Assembly: GCA_012295275.1 (NCBI GenBank)
Contig: CM022669.1
Location: 11,594,001-11,658,000, forward strand
From: Chrysomallon squamiferum
Lineage: Eukaryota; Animalia; Mollusca
Direction: 5' to 3'
Length of the DNA stretch: 64,000 bases
Under the pieces are notes generated by a model that was not told where the DNA came from, did no database searches, and was given only the letters and a program-made list of their open reading frames with translations. The translations under genes were made by a program, and so were the position numbers. Shown piece by piece: positions 39,537 to 54,485 of this stretch. How positions within the stretch are numbered: the first letter of the stretch is position 1; each line of letters starts with the position of its first letter.

Positions 39537-39709
39537 AGTACATGTAAGTGTTGGTATGTATGCTAAGTATAGTTAATGAATAAAAGTGTATGTATCTTAT
39601 TATTAGTGTATGTATATCTATGTGTGTTTGTGTGTGTGTATGTGTGTGTGTATATGTCTGTGTGTGTGTGTGTATGTCTATGTATGTTTGTGTGTGTGTA
39701 TATGTCTAT

Positions 39710-39760
<51 letters not shown>

Positions 39761-42700
39761 TTTTACAGATGTTACTAAAAATAAAAGAACTAAAGACAGA
39801 TCCAATATGATTTCAGCTCTGCTTAGTTTCATATTTGACAAATAAACGTTAATATTTTCACTTCTATCAGTATACAAAACAGATCACTGTGCTAAAGAGA
39901 ACTGACAATGAGGAAATGTTTAACTGCTGCTACTACAACTACCGCAACTGCTGCATTCTCTTTAACACTGTTTCTGTCTCAACTTGCTTATACAGTTAGC
40001 ATATTTCCGCAAATTTCTCTTTCATGTGGCACCAGGGGAACATTTTACACAATTTTATTCTTGCTAAGTGCAAACGAATCAATAAATAAATGACACAAAA
40101 GAATAATTATTTGTTTTACATAAAACATGAGCTTGCTGTAAATATGCTGCATGTAAGTGTCTGTGTGCATCTGTATGTTTGTGTGTGTGTGAGTGTATGT
40201 GTTTGTGTGTGTGTGTGTGTGTGTGTGAGTGTGTGTGTGAGTCTGTGTGTTTGTGTGTGTGTGAGTGCATGCATACAAATTATGAAAATCTTTTTTTTAA
40301 TAATATATTAAAACGAAAAGAAAATTAACATTACAGTTAAAAAAGCAAAAAATTAAAAAAAAATTAAAAATAAAATATAAATAAAAATAATGTATTGTTC
40401 CATTTAAATAGTGAAAAACATCAAACACATAATTAATGAAAATGTTATACTTGCTTACTGTTTAGTTATTTTATGATTACAAACTATGGTTTTCGGTGAT
40501 CTACAATCTTCAGAATAAATTTCAGTTGATTCTGTCATATAGATGTTATTTTTGTATCAAACATTATTAATTTATTTGGAAAACATTTATGAACTGAACA
40601 CCATGTAAAGGATGTTATGAAAAAGATTTTTTTTTGAGGAAAAGAAAAACTGCTTTTGTTTTAAATGTGCCTATAAACATTTCTAAGATTCTGAATTTAT
40701 TTTATTTTATTTTATTTTATTTTATTTTATTTTATTTTATTCATTTATTTATTATGATTATCTTTATCTTTATTTTTTCATCATCATCTTTATTATTATT
40801 ACTGTTATTAATACCTTTATTATTATTATTGCTTTACAATCATCACCATAGTCATGTTTATTATTACTTTTGTTATTATCACCATTATATAACATAAGAT
40901 ATATACTGAATAATATTTCAATATTAAATGTAGAAATAACAAAAAACTGGATTTAAATTTGAGCTTTAAAACAGCACTACTCTGAGTTTTCTGACAATTC
41001 TGAGAACAGTTCAAAAGTCTTCAGCTAATTCACACTACATTCAATCAACACTGAAACTGTTTCCAAGGACAGCTCTCTGTGTTGTCCTACAAAACACAAC
41101 TTTGATATTAATCCCCCACGAAGGCGGCCATGTTGGGTATCATCACCGCGGTAACAGTTCAGCAAAGTTCCGCTACTCTGTCAAGAACCGCTAGTTTCAA
41201 CATGAGTAATTTACTTAATCTCATTTTTCAAATCTGCCAATCGATGTATTCACTTGTCATTCAGTTACGGCCATTACAAAAATGAAAATTAGATTACTGC
41301 TCTTCTGTAACTAAATATAAAAAAATTAATAATAATGCAAAAAAAAAAGAAGAAAAAAAAGATGCAGCTTCCATCAACAGCCATTTTGTTCCATAATGAG
41401 GCCTCTCTGTGGAGAGATTAAACAGAAAAGAAATGCAGTTCTGCTAAGTGGACTGATTGGAGATAAATGCACAAGGAAAAGATTACTTCTGTGATGCTGC
41501 TTTTGAGATAATAATTAACACAATTAGAACAGATCCATTTTTGTTTCACGCGCTTTGAGATTTTGTTATGATGACCTCGTTTTATTTAGGATATTTAAAA
41601 ATGACTTTTCTTAAGTATTATTTTTGTTTTTTGTTTTTTTTTATTTCCTTTGTTTTGTTTGTTTTTTTTGTTTGTTTTTTCATGTTTTCTTTTAATGTAC
41701 ACATTTGTAAAATTTCTGTTACACAAAATAATAATCTAATTTTATTACTATAGTTTTTGGTGATTTTCAAATATCCTTTTGTTGTTGTTGTTTTTTAAAA
41801 ATAATAATAATGAATTAATGATTGTATGTTTATTATTATTATAATTATTTTTAAGTTTTTTTGTTTTTTGTTATTATTAGTAGCAATTGTAGTTATAGTT
41901 GAGATGCTATTTAGGAATAGCAGTAATAATAATGATGATGATGACTATCATTATCATACCATCATCATTATAATTAAATAAACTATATCTCAGATTGCTA
42001 TAAAAACCTGTTACAATATTTATAGACAAAGAACATACATATCTTTGAATTTTTTCAAAAAACAGATTATCAAATGTAAATCAAGCAAAAAAAAACAAAA
42101 AACAGTCTGCTAGAATAAAAATGTTCCTTTTTTTCCCCCCAAGATCCCAGACACAAAATTATCAGATAATAAAGATGAAATTTCTGAAAATATTGCTGCA
42201 AGAATTAACAACAAAATTTTCCGATCAATAGATTTAAAGTGCTGAAGCTGCAGAAATATTAATACTAAGTTCTATTTTTGGATTAAGTCAGGCAAAAACA
42301 AACACTGTATTACTTATTTATTACAGATTTCCTTTTATGACGAAAACAATGAATTATTAATGTGTTACATTTTCCTTTAATTACATATTATAACATTTTT
42401 TTCACTGCTTTTTAATGAATATGAAAATAGGAACAGTTCCTGTTTGCTACGTAATTATGAATATATCTATAAAGCTTATTACCTAAAATGAACATCTAGT
42501 AGTTTGAATTATGAGTTGAAATTATTTCATGGATATATACACTCTAAGTGTGTGCAGGTAGAAATATGATGCACAATTTTTCTTTTTATTATAACCATCA
42601 TAATAACACAGGCATACACACACACATCCAGAGAGACAGAAATATCAACATACAAAATGAATATATGCACTTGCTCCACAAATAATTAAATAAATAATAA

Positions 42701-43068
42701 TAATAAAAATATTATGCACAGACATATAATTCAAACAAAGACATACACATACACACACTCATGCACATACATACAGACACTCACATACATACATCCATAC
42801 ACACACATATACAAATACACATACATACAGAAACATATACACATTTAAAAAAATATATATATTTAAAAAGAAACAGAGTAGGTACCATGAGTTTGTAGCC
42901 AAATCTATGCATAGTGAGACATACACAAAGATACACACATATATTAAAAAATATTTATTTAAAAACAAGACAGTACTTACCATCAATATGTAACCAAATA
43001 CATGCATTGTCCCAAACACACACATAGATTCATACATAAAAATACACCCACTCAAAAACTTAAATAGA

Positions 43069-43104
<36 letters not shown>

Positions 43105-43144
43105 TATATATTATAAAAAAAAAACTGAACAAGACAGTACTTAC

Positions 43145-43349
43145 CGTGGATGTGTAGCCAGATGGGACGAATCTGCACTGGGTCGGTGTTGATCTGACAG
43201 GTGAACACACCTTCGTCCGAGGGCTTGACGTCTCGAATGTGCAGGTTCCACTCCTTCACGTAGGGTCTCTCCAAACTGATCCTCTCGTCAGCAATGATCC
43301 TCCGATCCTCAAATGTCAGCAGTTTCTCTCTGTGATCCAGCCAAACAAC
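43145..43349 (-). CDS. Lachesin/DIP-like protein, Ig domain 1 second part
   Basis: ttctgcAG acceptor and GTAAGT donor. Encodes VVWLDHREKLLTFEDRRIIADERISLERPYVKEWNLHIRDVKPSDEGVFTCQINTDP; the WxLHI...CQINTDP signature matches DIP/lachesin Ig1. Confidence 0.95.
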
Positions 43350-44148
43350 CTGCAGAACAACACAGCTTAATTAATACTGACACAGCTTAAATCATATCTG
43401 TAATAGTAGTTGTTGTAGTTGTTTGTTTGTTTTTTACTCTTAGATAGTACAATAATAATGTAGGACGTTTTTTCTAAATTTTTTTTTTTTTTTTTTAAAT
43501 GATGTAAAGGTGAAGTAATTATTTTGATATTTTTTTAATTTTTTTTTATTATTTTTTATTTATTTATAATTATTATTATGTTTTTATTTTTTGTTTAATA
43601 ATTTAGTAGTAGTAGTATAAGAAGTAGTAGTAGTAGTAGTATTAGTATTAGTAGTTTAGTAGTAGTAGTAGTATTTATTATTATTATTATTATTATTATT
43701 TTATTTTTTTTTTTTTGTTTTTATTTATTTATTTATTTTTTATATATATATTTTTCAAATCAATTTTCATTTTTTTTTTTAATTTTAATTTCTGTAGAGG
43801 ATGTACACATTTCTATACTTTTCAAATAAATTTTCCCCCACCACACTTCTAAACAATTCTATATATATTAATAAAAAAGTAGAAATTAAAAACATTATGG
43901 TGTACATGACATCAGTGTATGAAGTTTAACCCCAGTACACTGACTGTTCTGTCAGAAAGCTAAAACACAGGACACGAGAAATTAGTTACAATCCTCACAC
44001 CAAATCCTCTAACATCAGTGTCACCATGGAGAACAAATGTCATACTATACAACAGTCATGTGTGTCTGTCTGTCTCTGTGTATATGTGTGTGTGTATCTG
44101 TGTTTGTCTGACTTCTGGTTGTGCCTATGTGTGTCTGTGTCTTTGGGT

Positions 44149-44186
<38 letters not shown>

Positions 44187-46284
44187 GTTTTTTGTATATA
44201 CATGAAGTTTAATGCTATTTCATAGTCTGTATGTTATTTTGGGGTGTAGTGTGGACTCAGATGGTTTAATTACTAATAAAAGTAATGCCTGTTCAGATAT
44301 ATGAAAAATTATTTATTTTTGTTTTTAACTAATTTTAATAATAATAATAATAATAGTGAAATAGTAATGGTAATAATAATAAATTAATTCAAGAGATAAT
44401 AATGATGCAATAATAAGGATAAACAAAAGCAATAATAAAATATAATCATCATCAACATCATCACCATCCTCCTCCTCCTCCTCCTCCTCCTCCTCCTCAT
44501 CATCATCACTGTCATCTTTATTCTGATATTTTAAAAGTTAATTCAGGTAAAATTCTAAGGCAAGATACCAACACATTTTTTAACCAGTGCAAAACAAGGA
44601 TGAGCAGTTTAGATTAATTCAAAAAACAGAACTGATAAATGTGTTTTAATATTTCAAAACTCATCACCAAGTTATTTACATATACATACACATGCACCTG
44701 CATCATTAATATACCCATAATAAAATCCAATTTACCAAGCAGTAGAAAAAAACCATAATGCATAAAGAGAATTAAAAGCGTAATTATCTAGTTAGATTAA
44801 ACAAGTTTAAAACAAATATGTATATATAAATAAACAGCAAAAGGAAAACAGAAAAAGAATACAGATTGCAAATTATGAATGTTTATTTTAATGAAGAAAT
44901 TATGATTATTAGAATTAAAAAAATACTGTTACAATTTTTTATGTGTGTGTAAATATTTGCTTTTGTGTATGTATACGTGTATGTGTTTGTATACATGTCT
45001 ATATGTGTGTATGTATGTGTCTCTGTATGTATATATGTATGTATGTGTGTATGTATGTGACCATGTATGCATACTGTATGTAGGTATGTGTTTTGTGTAT
45101 GCAAGTGTATGAGTGTGTATGTATGTTTTTATGTGTCTGTGTGTGTATATATATATGCATGAATATCTGTATCTCCATGTATTTTCAAACAGGAATACGT
45201 GTCTGTTTATTTATTATTATTATTATTTTTATTTTTATTTAATTTTTTTTAACACAATTTATAAAATAAAAAACACAAGGTGAGAGTTCGATCATCAGTT
45301 CCACTACAACAGGAGTGTGCTAACAATCTCCAGAGCACCGACACTTGTCAAACTACTCCAAACTGCGGCTGTTAGCAAGGTGCTGCAAGCCAATCCCCAC
45401 CAGACAGGGAAGGTACAACACTGGACGTTTCTCATTATCATTAGTTAATTGAACCTAATTGATCTAACAGACCCAGGCACCAAGCTGGAAGCTGGTCACA
45501 TCCCAGCAGACTGGGTTTGGCCGGCACACTGAACAAAAACGGCCGAGATATCACACTGTATCCTGTTATCCTCTCAATGACTTCCAAAGCCCTTGCTGAC
45601 TGCGAGTGAATTCTATTTGAATATTTCAAAGGCATGTGTTATTTCTACATAATTATACAGCCGTTATGGCATGCCATAACAATAAACAATATTCCCAAAG
45701 CAGAGAGGTTTGCTGTTTTTTTAATTCTTGTTGTTGTTGGTGGGGTTTTTTTGCAGTAGTTATTTGGGTTGTTGTTCTTGTTGGGTTTTGTTTTTGTTTT
45801 TTTGGGAAATAAGGTTAGGATGACCATGATCTTTTGTCATCATCTTCCATTTCCGTTGACTTCATTGTTGGATTACACTTTGAAAATTTTTCATCTGTAA
45901 TTTCAGAACCTCTATAAGTAATTATGAGTGAAATGTGATGCAGTTTTTGTGTGTGCCAGTTTTAACTGCAGTGTCTTTGTTTCCTTCAACAAACTTAAAA
46001 TGCAATGAATATTCAGTGCCAAGTTGCAACAAGCAAATTAAATGTATTAAAAGACAAAGAGATTTTTTTGTATGAAAATGTTTATGCAAAGCCAATGTAA
46101 TATGTACAAGTTATAAAATGTTTTGAATAAATAAATTATATTCCAATTTTCTAACATAAATGTATTTAAATGTTGTTTAAAAATAAAGAAAATTTCTTTT
46201 TAAAATCTATGATTTGTATATATAATACTTGTTAGTTACTATGTCAGTTTAGGATCTAGGTTATTATTATTATTATTATGACAT

Positions 46285-46360
46285 TTAAAGACATCCAATA
46301 TCTGATTGTTGTTTTATGCTTGAGTGTTATTAAACAATTCATTATTAATTCATTCATTTT
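46285..46360 (+). mobile_element. SINE 3'-tail-like fragment
   Basis: acatccaata..tgatt...gtgttattaaacaattcatt...cattcatt resembles the recalled SINE tail. A similar reverse-oriented piece lies at ~28625-28695. Confidence 0.3.
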
Positions 46361-46839
46361 ACAAAGTAGCTGATTTTGAAATTTAGCCATCATTTCTCCA
46401 GTTATTATGTCTAATTTCCAAAATTTAAAAGAAATATAACATAATAATCTAGTGAAAAACAAAGAAAATAACGTAATAATTTAAGTTAATTAAACGTGTT
46501 TGTTTGTTACTTTGCTTTGATATTATCTTCGCATCTTTTCAGCAAAATGCTCTGGTGCAACAGGAATTTAATAACAGTAATCTTAACACAATCCTAACAC
46601 AATCCTAACACAACCCCAAGCTTAACCCTAACTCCAACTTGTTATCCAGGCTTGTTCGGTCACATGTTTTTTTTTAGTAATTCTGTTATTTTTCCCATTT
46701 AATTTTTTTTATTTTTTCTTTCATAAATATTCCCAGTTGGATATTAATAGAATATTTTTTTGAATGTTTTATTCAAACTTGTTCAATTATTAAATTCTAT
46801 CTCAATGAATCTACTGGGTTTGTTTTGTTTCTTTCTTTT

Positions 46840-46882
<43 letters not shown>

Positions 46883-48021
46883 TTTTTTATTTTTTGTAAT
46901 GATATATTTTAAAAATAATATTACTGGATAGTAGAAAAATCATTTAATGATTTCTTACCTGTGTTCTTTCTCATGTATCAACTGATTTTTTTAATTTACT
47001 TTTACTTTTTTTTTTTGCTTTTGATGGCATGTTGTTTTTCTACTTGTTAATGTATTTTCAAATATATATATTTTTGGTGCAAAATAAAGGTACAATTTTT
47101 ATCACTCAAATTTATTTGGTCATTATATTTTTTGGGTATATATACTTTTTTAGTATTTTTTAAATTTTCTGGTTTAACATTAAAATCATCATTTTTATCA
47201 CTTAACTTTTGTATAGTGTTAAATTATACCTTCTTTTAATATATTTAAAAAAAATAATCTAGCTGGAAAATGAAGAAGTAATTTTTTTATATTACTTAAA
47301 CTTGTCCAGTCATTACTTTTATTTTACTATATCTACTTTTAATGTACTGTTAAAATATTCTTGTGAGAAAATAAAGGTACAATTAATATCATTTAAATAT
47401 GATCAATCATTATATATTATTTTAACATCTTTTTAAATATTCTATTTGAAAAATAAAAGAATAATTGTTCTCACTTCATCTTTCATTACTTTCTTTTACT
47501 ATGTTATTATAACATTGAAGATGCAAAAACAAAGGAATCATTTTTATCACATAAACATTATCAATCATTATAATATTCCTTTAGTAGCTAATTTCAAAAA
47601 TACTGTTTGATAAAATAAAGGAATAACTTTCCTCACTTAAACTTCGTCAGTCACAACGTTCTGTCAATACACTGGTGTAATCTGTTGCCTTTCATTTCTA
47701 AACATCCTCCATTCTCGGCTAATCAGATCGTCTCTGCTTACAAACAGTTGTAGTAAATGTCTGCTTCATTAGGCAGGGAATAATGCAGACAAGACATTTT
47801 CTTAACCACAACCTCCGGAGTGCACTGCGACAAGCAATTACACTCGTATGACTTACAAGTTAGCGATGACGGAGGTGCGAATGCAATGGTAATGAAGAAT
47901 GAGAAGAAATAAACTTTGGTAAAGAGGAAGATTGAGGTTTTACATTGCAGATAGTGAGCTGCTTTCTGTCTCTTTGTCTCCCTAATGTCGTATTAACTTT
48001 CACTGGCACATCAACGCAAGC

Positions 48022-48091
48022 TGTAGCCGATGTTGCTGGAGAGAGGTGTGGTGTAGCCGATGTTGATGAAGAGAGATGTAGTCTGGTCGAT
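48022..48091. repeat. 30-nt tandem duplication tgtagccgatgttg.tg.agagag.tgt.g
   Basis: Copies at 48022 and 48052 plus a partial third. Confidence 0.8.
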
Positions 48092-49446
48092 TGTCTTGTG
48101 TTCAAACTATTGGCTTTGTCAGTTAAATCACAACAACAGCCAGACTGAAAGCAATTTGTTCTGAATTCTAGTAACTGATACTAGAAAACAAAAGCAGGAC
48201 TTTTCTTTCAGATTTCCAAAGAACCTTTTGCTAAATGTCCAAAGATTTTTTTAGCTTCATTAACTATTAAATTATTTAATAATTTAATTAATAGTCAAGA
48301 TTTTATTTTATGTTATTTTTATTTTTTTATGGTGTTGGAATTTTTGTTTTCATTTATGTTTTTGCCTTAACCTTTCTACACTCACAACTTTCAACTCTTG
48401 TTTTTCCTTTTGACAAAACTTTCAAGAAAATCTCCTGAAATTCTTTTGAATCTATTATTGATAAAGAAGGTTGGCTGGAACCACATTTTTTAATGGTTTC
48501 ACACTGAAAGTTTTAGAATTAGTTTTCAAATTTTTGACTTTAGACCTACATGATTGTTATTTCTAACCATTCTTTCAGGAATCATTTTAGTACTGTCTGG
48601 TCTGTGTAGGTTACAAAAAAATATAATAATAACATTAAATAAATAATTAAAGAATTAAAGAATGAAAGAAAGAAAAGAAAAGAAGGTAAGAAAGAAAGAA
48701 AGAAAAAAGAAACTCTCTGTTTTCCATTTGCTTTAACAAAAATGCTAATATAGTTTTTCTCTGTCAATGAACTCTGTGATGAAACAGACAAGAATAATTT
48801 TAAATATTTAATGTTAACAGAGACAAAACTACCTGTTTCATCTTGCTCTGTGTTCTTTCCAATTGCCAAGAAAAAAATTCTAAATATAATTTTATTAATC
48901 ACATTCCTTCACTATAAAACTAGTCAAGTTCATTATTTCAGTCTTTCATTCCAAATAAAAAATAAAACAGTTCATATTAGTGTGTCAAAGAGATTTTAAA
49001 AAACCCACAGTTGTTAGTTTGATAATACCATTCCAACCAAAGCATTTCGTGATTAATATTTAATTCAAATTGTTAGAAACAAATGTAAGTATCAAACTAA
49101 AGCACTGTTAAAGGAATTAATTCAAAAGGGTGCAAAACTAAGAAAAAAGGACTAAGTGAATTTCATTAAAATTTTATTGTAATTCAGAGAATTAAGCATT
49201 TTGGCTATGAAAGAAAAAAAGTGTTTAAAATAAAACAAAGATATACTTTATGAAAGTATCAGGTAACTAAATCCATTATTGAACAAAATTACTGAATTTC
49301 TTAAATGTTTTAATTTATGTCTTTTCATTTTTTATTTGTACCTTTTTAATATTTATTTATTTTTATTTTTAATAACTTCACATTACAGAAATAATAAATT
49401 ATGGAATAAAGTAATAATTTAACATCAACTGAACAAGACTAAACAG

Positions 49447-49485
<39 letters not shown>

Positions 49486-49892
49486 GAAAATAATGAAATA
49501 ACCCCTCCCAAAAATACCATTAAATAACCAATAATAGACAATTTAAATATTATTTTAAAAAATCCTTATAATAACATATAAATGGTGTAAAATAAAATAG
49601 AAAAGAATAAAATATAATAAAATAAAATAAAAAGGTAATGGTTCTAATTAAAATCTGTTTATTTACGGCAAATATTCCGATACTTGTGACAAATAAAATT
49701 TTAACATTAATCAAAATAAAATAGAACTTCTGGTGGTGAATTGATAAGTAACTTGTTCGAGGGTTTTCTAGTGAAAGATAACTGCACCAAGAATTAAAAC
49801 AGTTTAGAAAAGCAATTCTAATCAAAGCAGTTTAGTGTTTGAGGTGTGACAGAGGTCAGAGGTCAAACTCACCACTGGTTGTTTTTCCTGTC

Positions 49893-50165
49893 AAACAAAA
49901 AGTAGCATAATTAATACATAAATTAATCAAAAATGATAATCAGAATAAAAGAAAGAAAGAAAGAATGAATAAATGAAAGATCCTGTTGAACAAAAAGTAA
50001 CATAATTAATACATAAATTAATCGAAAATGATAACCAGAATAAAACAAAGAAAGAACGAATAAATGAAAGATCCTTTTGAACAAAAAGTAACATAATTAA
50101 TACATAAATTAATCGAAAATGATAACCAGAATAAAACAAAGAAGGAAAGAATAAATGAAAGATAA
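49893..50165. repeat. ~92-nt tandem repeat, 3 copies
   Basis: caaaaagtaacataattaatacataaattaatcgaaaatgataaccagaataaaa recurs three times. Confidence 0.9.
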
Positions 50166-51469
50166 TGAAGGAAGGAAGAAAGGAAGGAAGAAATAACAAA
50201 AAGAAGGATGAATTAATGAAAGAAAGATGTAAAGGAAAAATAATAAAAATAAAAATAATCAGTTTAAGAATTCAGTAAAAAATATTTTAAAAACTCATTT
50301 GTGTGTGTGTGTGTGGGTGTGTTTGTCTGTCTGTCTGTGAGTCTGTGTTTCCATATGTCTGTGAGTGTGTGTGTTTGTGTGTGTGTGTGTGTTTGTGTGT
50401 GTGTTTGTGTTTGTGTGTGTATTTGTTATTTCACTACCCATATACACAAATATAAATGAAACCATAAAGCCGTTTAAAATTTTAAACTAATAATTCTTTT
50501 TCTGGTTTAATTATTTCCTTTTATGATAACACAATTTCAAAAAGTCTAGCAGGCTACAACATTAATTTTTGAATTAAAATAGGAACAAACCATTTTTCCA
50601 AATTTTTTCTTTCAAACAAACAATGTTTTTTTTTTTTTGAGTGTCTGATATCATGATGACCTTTTCATGTAGAAAAATTATTTAATTTTTATTTCAAATG
50701 GTGATGATGTTTTAAATACAGCAAATAACTGGAAACAAAATTAGTATGTCATGAAACTGTTACTGTACATGCCCTTGGCAAATTTCCCAGTATTAAATAT
50801 TAATACAATCCTAATTCCTGCAGTTTTCTGAAATTAAATAATTTCAACATAAAACGTCTTTATTTCTTTAGCCGAATATAATTTTGTTTCAGGATAAAAC
50901 AATGTAGTAAAGAAATAAATTTAAAGTGCAGTACAACGAATAACTAAAAAATATAATGAAAAAAAAAAAAAGGGGGTAATTTAAAAATTAGAATAAAATA
51001 AATGAAAAAGGATCCCATTTAGTTTCAGCAAGTTTTTATAATTCATCCTGATTTAGACATTGTGCTATTTATAGATACTAGATTAGAAATGATTGCTATT
51101 AAAATCAAAACCATATAAAATTTTAATACGATCAGATAAAATAACAGTTAATAAAAAGGAAATATTTCTCTGTTCATCAAAAAAGCATAATACAATAGTT
51201 TTATTATTAATTTTTTTTCTTATATTTAGTACTATATATAATGATTATTGAATATAAAAGCAGCTTTTATAACATAAATGTGTGTGTGTAATGTGTATGT
51301 GTGTATATATATATATATATGCATGTATGCACCTGTGTATGTATGTATGTAATTCAATAATTCATTTTGAAAGCTGCCCTGAAATACAAAAGCTATAATA
51401 ATTTCCTTCTGTTAAATATTAATAATATAATAATAAATGAATGAATAAATCTTAAAACAAACAAGGATC

Positions 51470-51710
51470 AAAAGAAATAAAAAGTATAAATCTGCAAAAT
51501 ACAAGGATAAAAAGAATTATAAAAAAAGTATAAAGTCCTGCAAAATACAAGGAAAAAAATAAATAAAAAGTATAAATCCTGCAAATTACAAGGAAAAAAA
51601 GAAATAAAAAGAATAAATCCTGCAAAATATAAGGATAAAAAGAATTATTAAAAAGTATAAAATCGTAAAAAAAAACACCAGTGATAAAAAGAAATAAAAA
51701 GTATAAAAAT
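51470..51710. repeat. ~40-nt A-rich tandem repeat aaaagtataaatcctgcaaaatacaagg
   Basis: 5-6 diverged copies visible. Confidence 0.8.
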
Positions 51711-52504
51711 ATTAATGCTGCGACTTCCAGATTTAAGGAGTCATTTTGTCTGAATGTCACTTTATAAAATTACACAACATATGGAAAGTCAGAGCAAGCA
51801 GTACAAAGTCAACGATTATTATTGACAGGTTCGGAGAAATCAGAAATTGAAAAAAAAAAAAAAGAAAGAAAAAAAAAAAGGGAAAGAAAAGAAATTAATA
51901 ATTTACTTGGACCAGTGACCTACAATTAGGAAGCAAATTTTATATTCAAACAAGAGTGTATTGAAAAATTTATATCAGCAAATTGGATTAAGATCAAATT
52001 TGAAATTTTCTGTCTCATGACTTAAATGAAAAACCCAAAAATCTTTAGGAAAATAAATTTATTTTAGAATGTCTGAATAATGATATTAAAACTTTTATTT
52101 GATAGAAAGTTAGAAATAGATAAAGAAAAATAAATTAATTAACAAACATATACACAATCTCACACACACAATAGTCACTCATGTACAAATATGTATACAT
52201 ATACATGGTAGCATATAAACAGACATCCTAAAATACAAAATGATTATAAACACACACCCAGACAAACAAACACACAAATACAGAAAAAAGACATATAATG
52301 AAACATAGATACACACATACATGTGTGCACAATCACACAATATAGATACATACACACAACTCACAGCTGCAAAGACACACACTGACATACACACAAATAC
52401 ACTGACATATATACACACAAAGACATACACAAGCACAAAGACACTCTCAGTCACACACATTAAGCTGTTGTTAAGATGTTGTAATAGAGACAACAAGTTT
52501 AAGG

Positions 52505-53215
<711 letters not shown>

Positions 53216-53604
53216 TTGGTTAGCATCCAGGTCTCTAATACAGTTGATTGAAAAGTGAATTGGGTTGTTAAGATGCTGTAATGGAGATAACAAGTTTAAG
53301 ACATTAGTTCTAGACTCTCGAGGAATTTAAGTATGTTTCAAAATCAATACATTTCCTCTCAATCACACATACAGGAAAACTTCCTCCTCTTTTCCGATAA
53401 AATGTGAAATTCATACTGCTATCTCTTGTTTCTTAGGCTAAATCTTTGATGAGTTCTTTTCTTCTTTTTCTTTGAATTTCTATTCTGTTGTTTAGTTTTA
53501 TTACATCAGGGATTTTTGGGAGAATGTCAAAATGCTAAAATATTGGATTATATATGTTGTTTGTTTTTTTGTCAAGCAACAACCACAAACACAAACATGA
53601 TAGC

Positions 53605-53953
<349 letters not shown>

Positions 53954-54308
53954 TGCACATACTCAAAAGATGTTCTTTTTCTAATGGAAGAAAGAATATT
54001 CTTATATTTTTTGGTTGGTTTCTATTTAGGCATTTGAAAAAGAAAAAAAATTAAAATTAAAATATCAAACATATGTTTTACTAATACTGAACATATACTT
54101 CATCAATTTTTTTTTCTCAAGCTTCTTTTCTTTTCTTTCATCAAACCACTTACATCTCTCCAATCACTTTCCTTGATAGTTTTGAAAAACATCATCATCA
54201 TCATCATCATCCAAATACTCGACATCTGAATCTTTTTTTAAAAAAGCAGCATTACCCAGCTATTTCATATCACTTCCAAAGATGATTTTGAATCCTTATA
54301 AATAATAA

Positions 54309-54348
<40 letters not shown>

Positions 54349-54443
54349 GCATTATGACTCTTCTTCATTTGATATTTCATCTTGTCTACAAGTCATCCTC
54401 TAACATTTATGACTCAAACTACAAGCTCTCGTGAAAAACGCTC

Positions 54444-54485
<42 letters not shown>

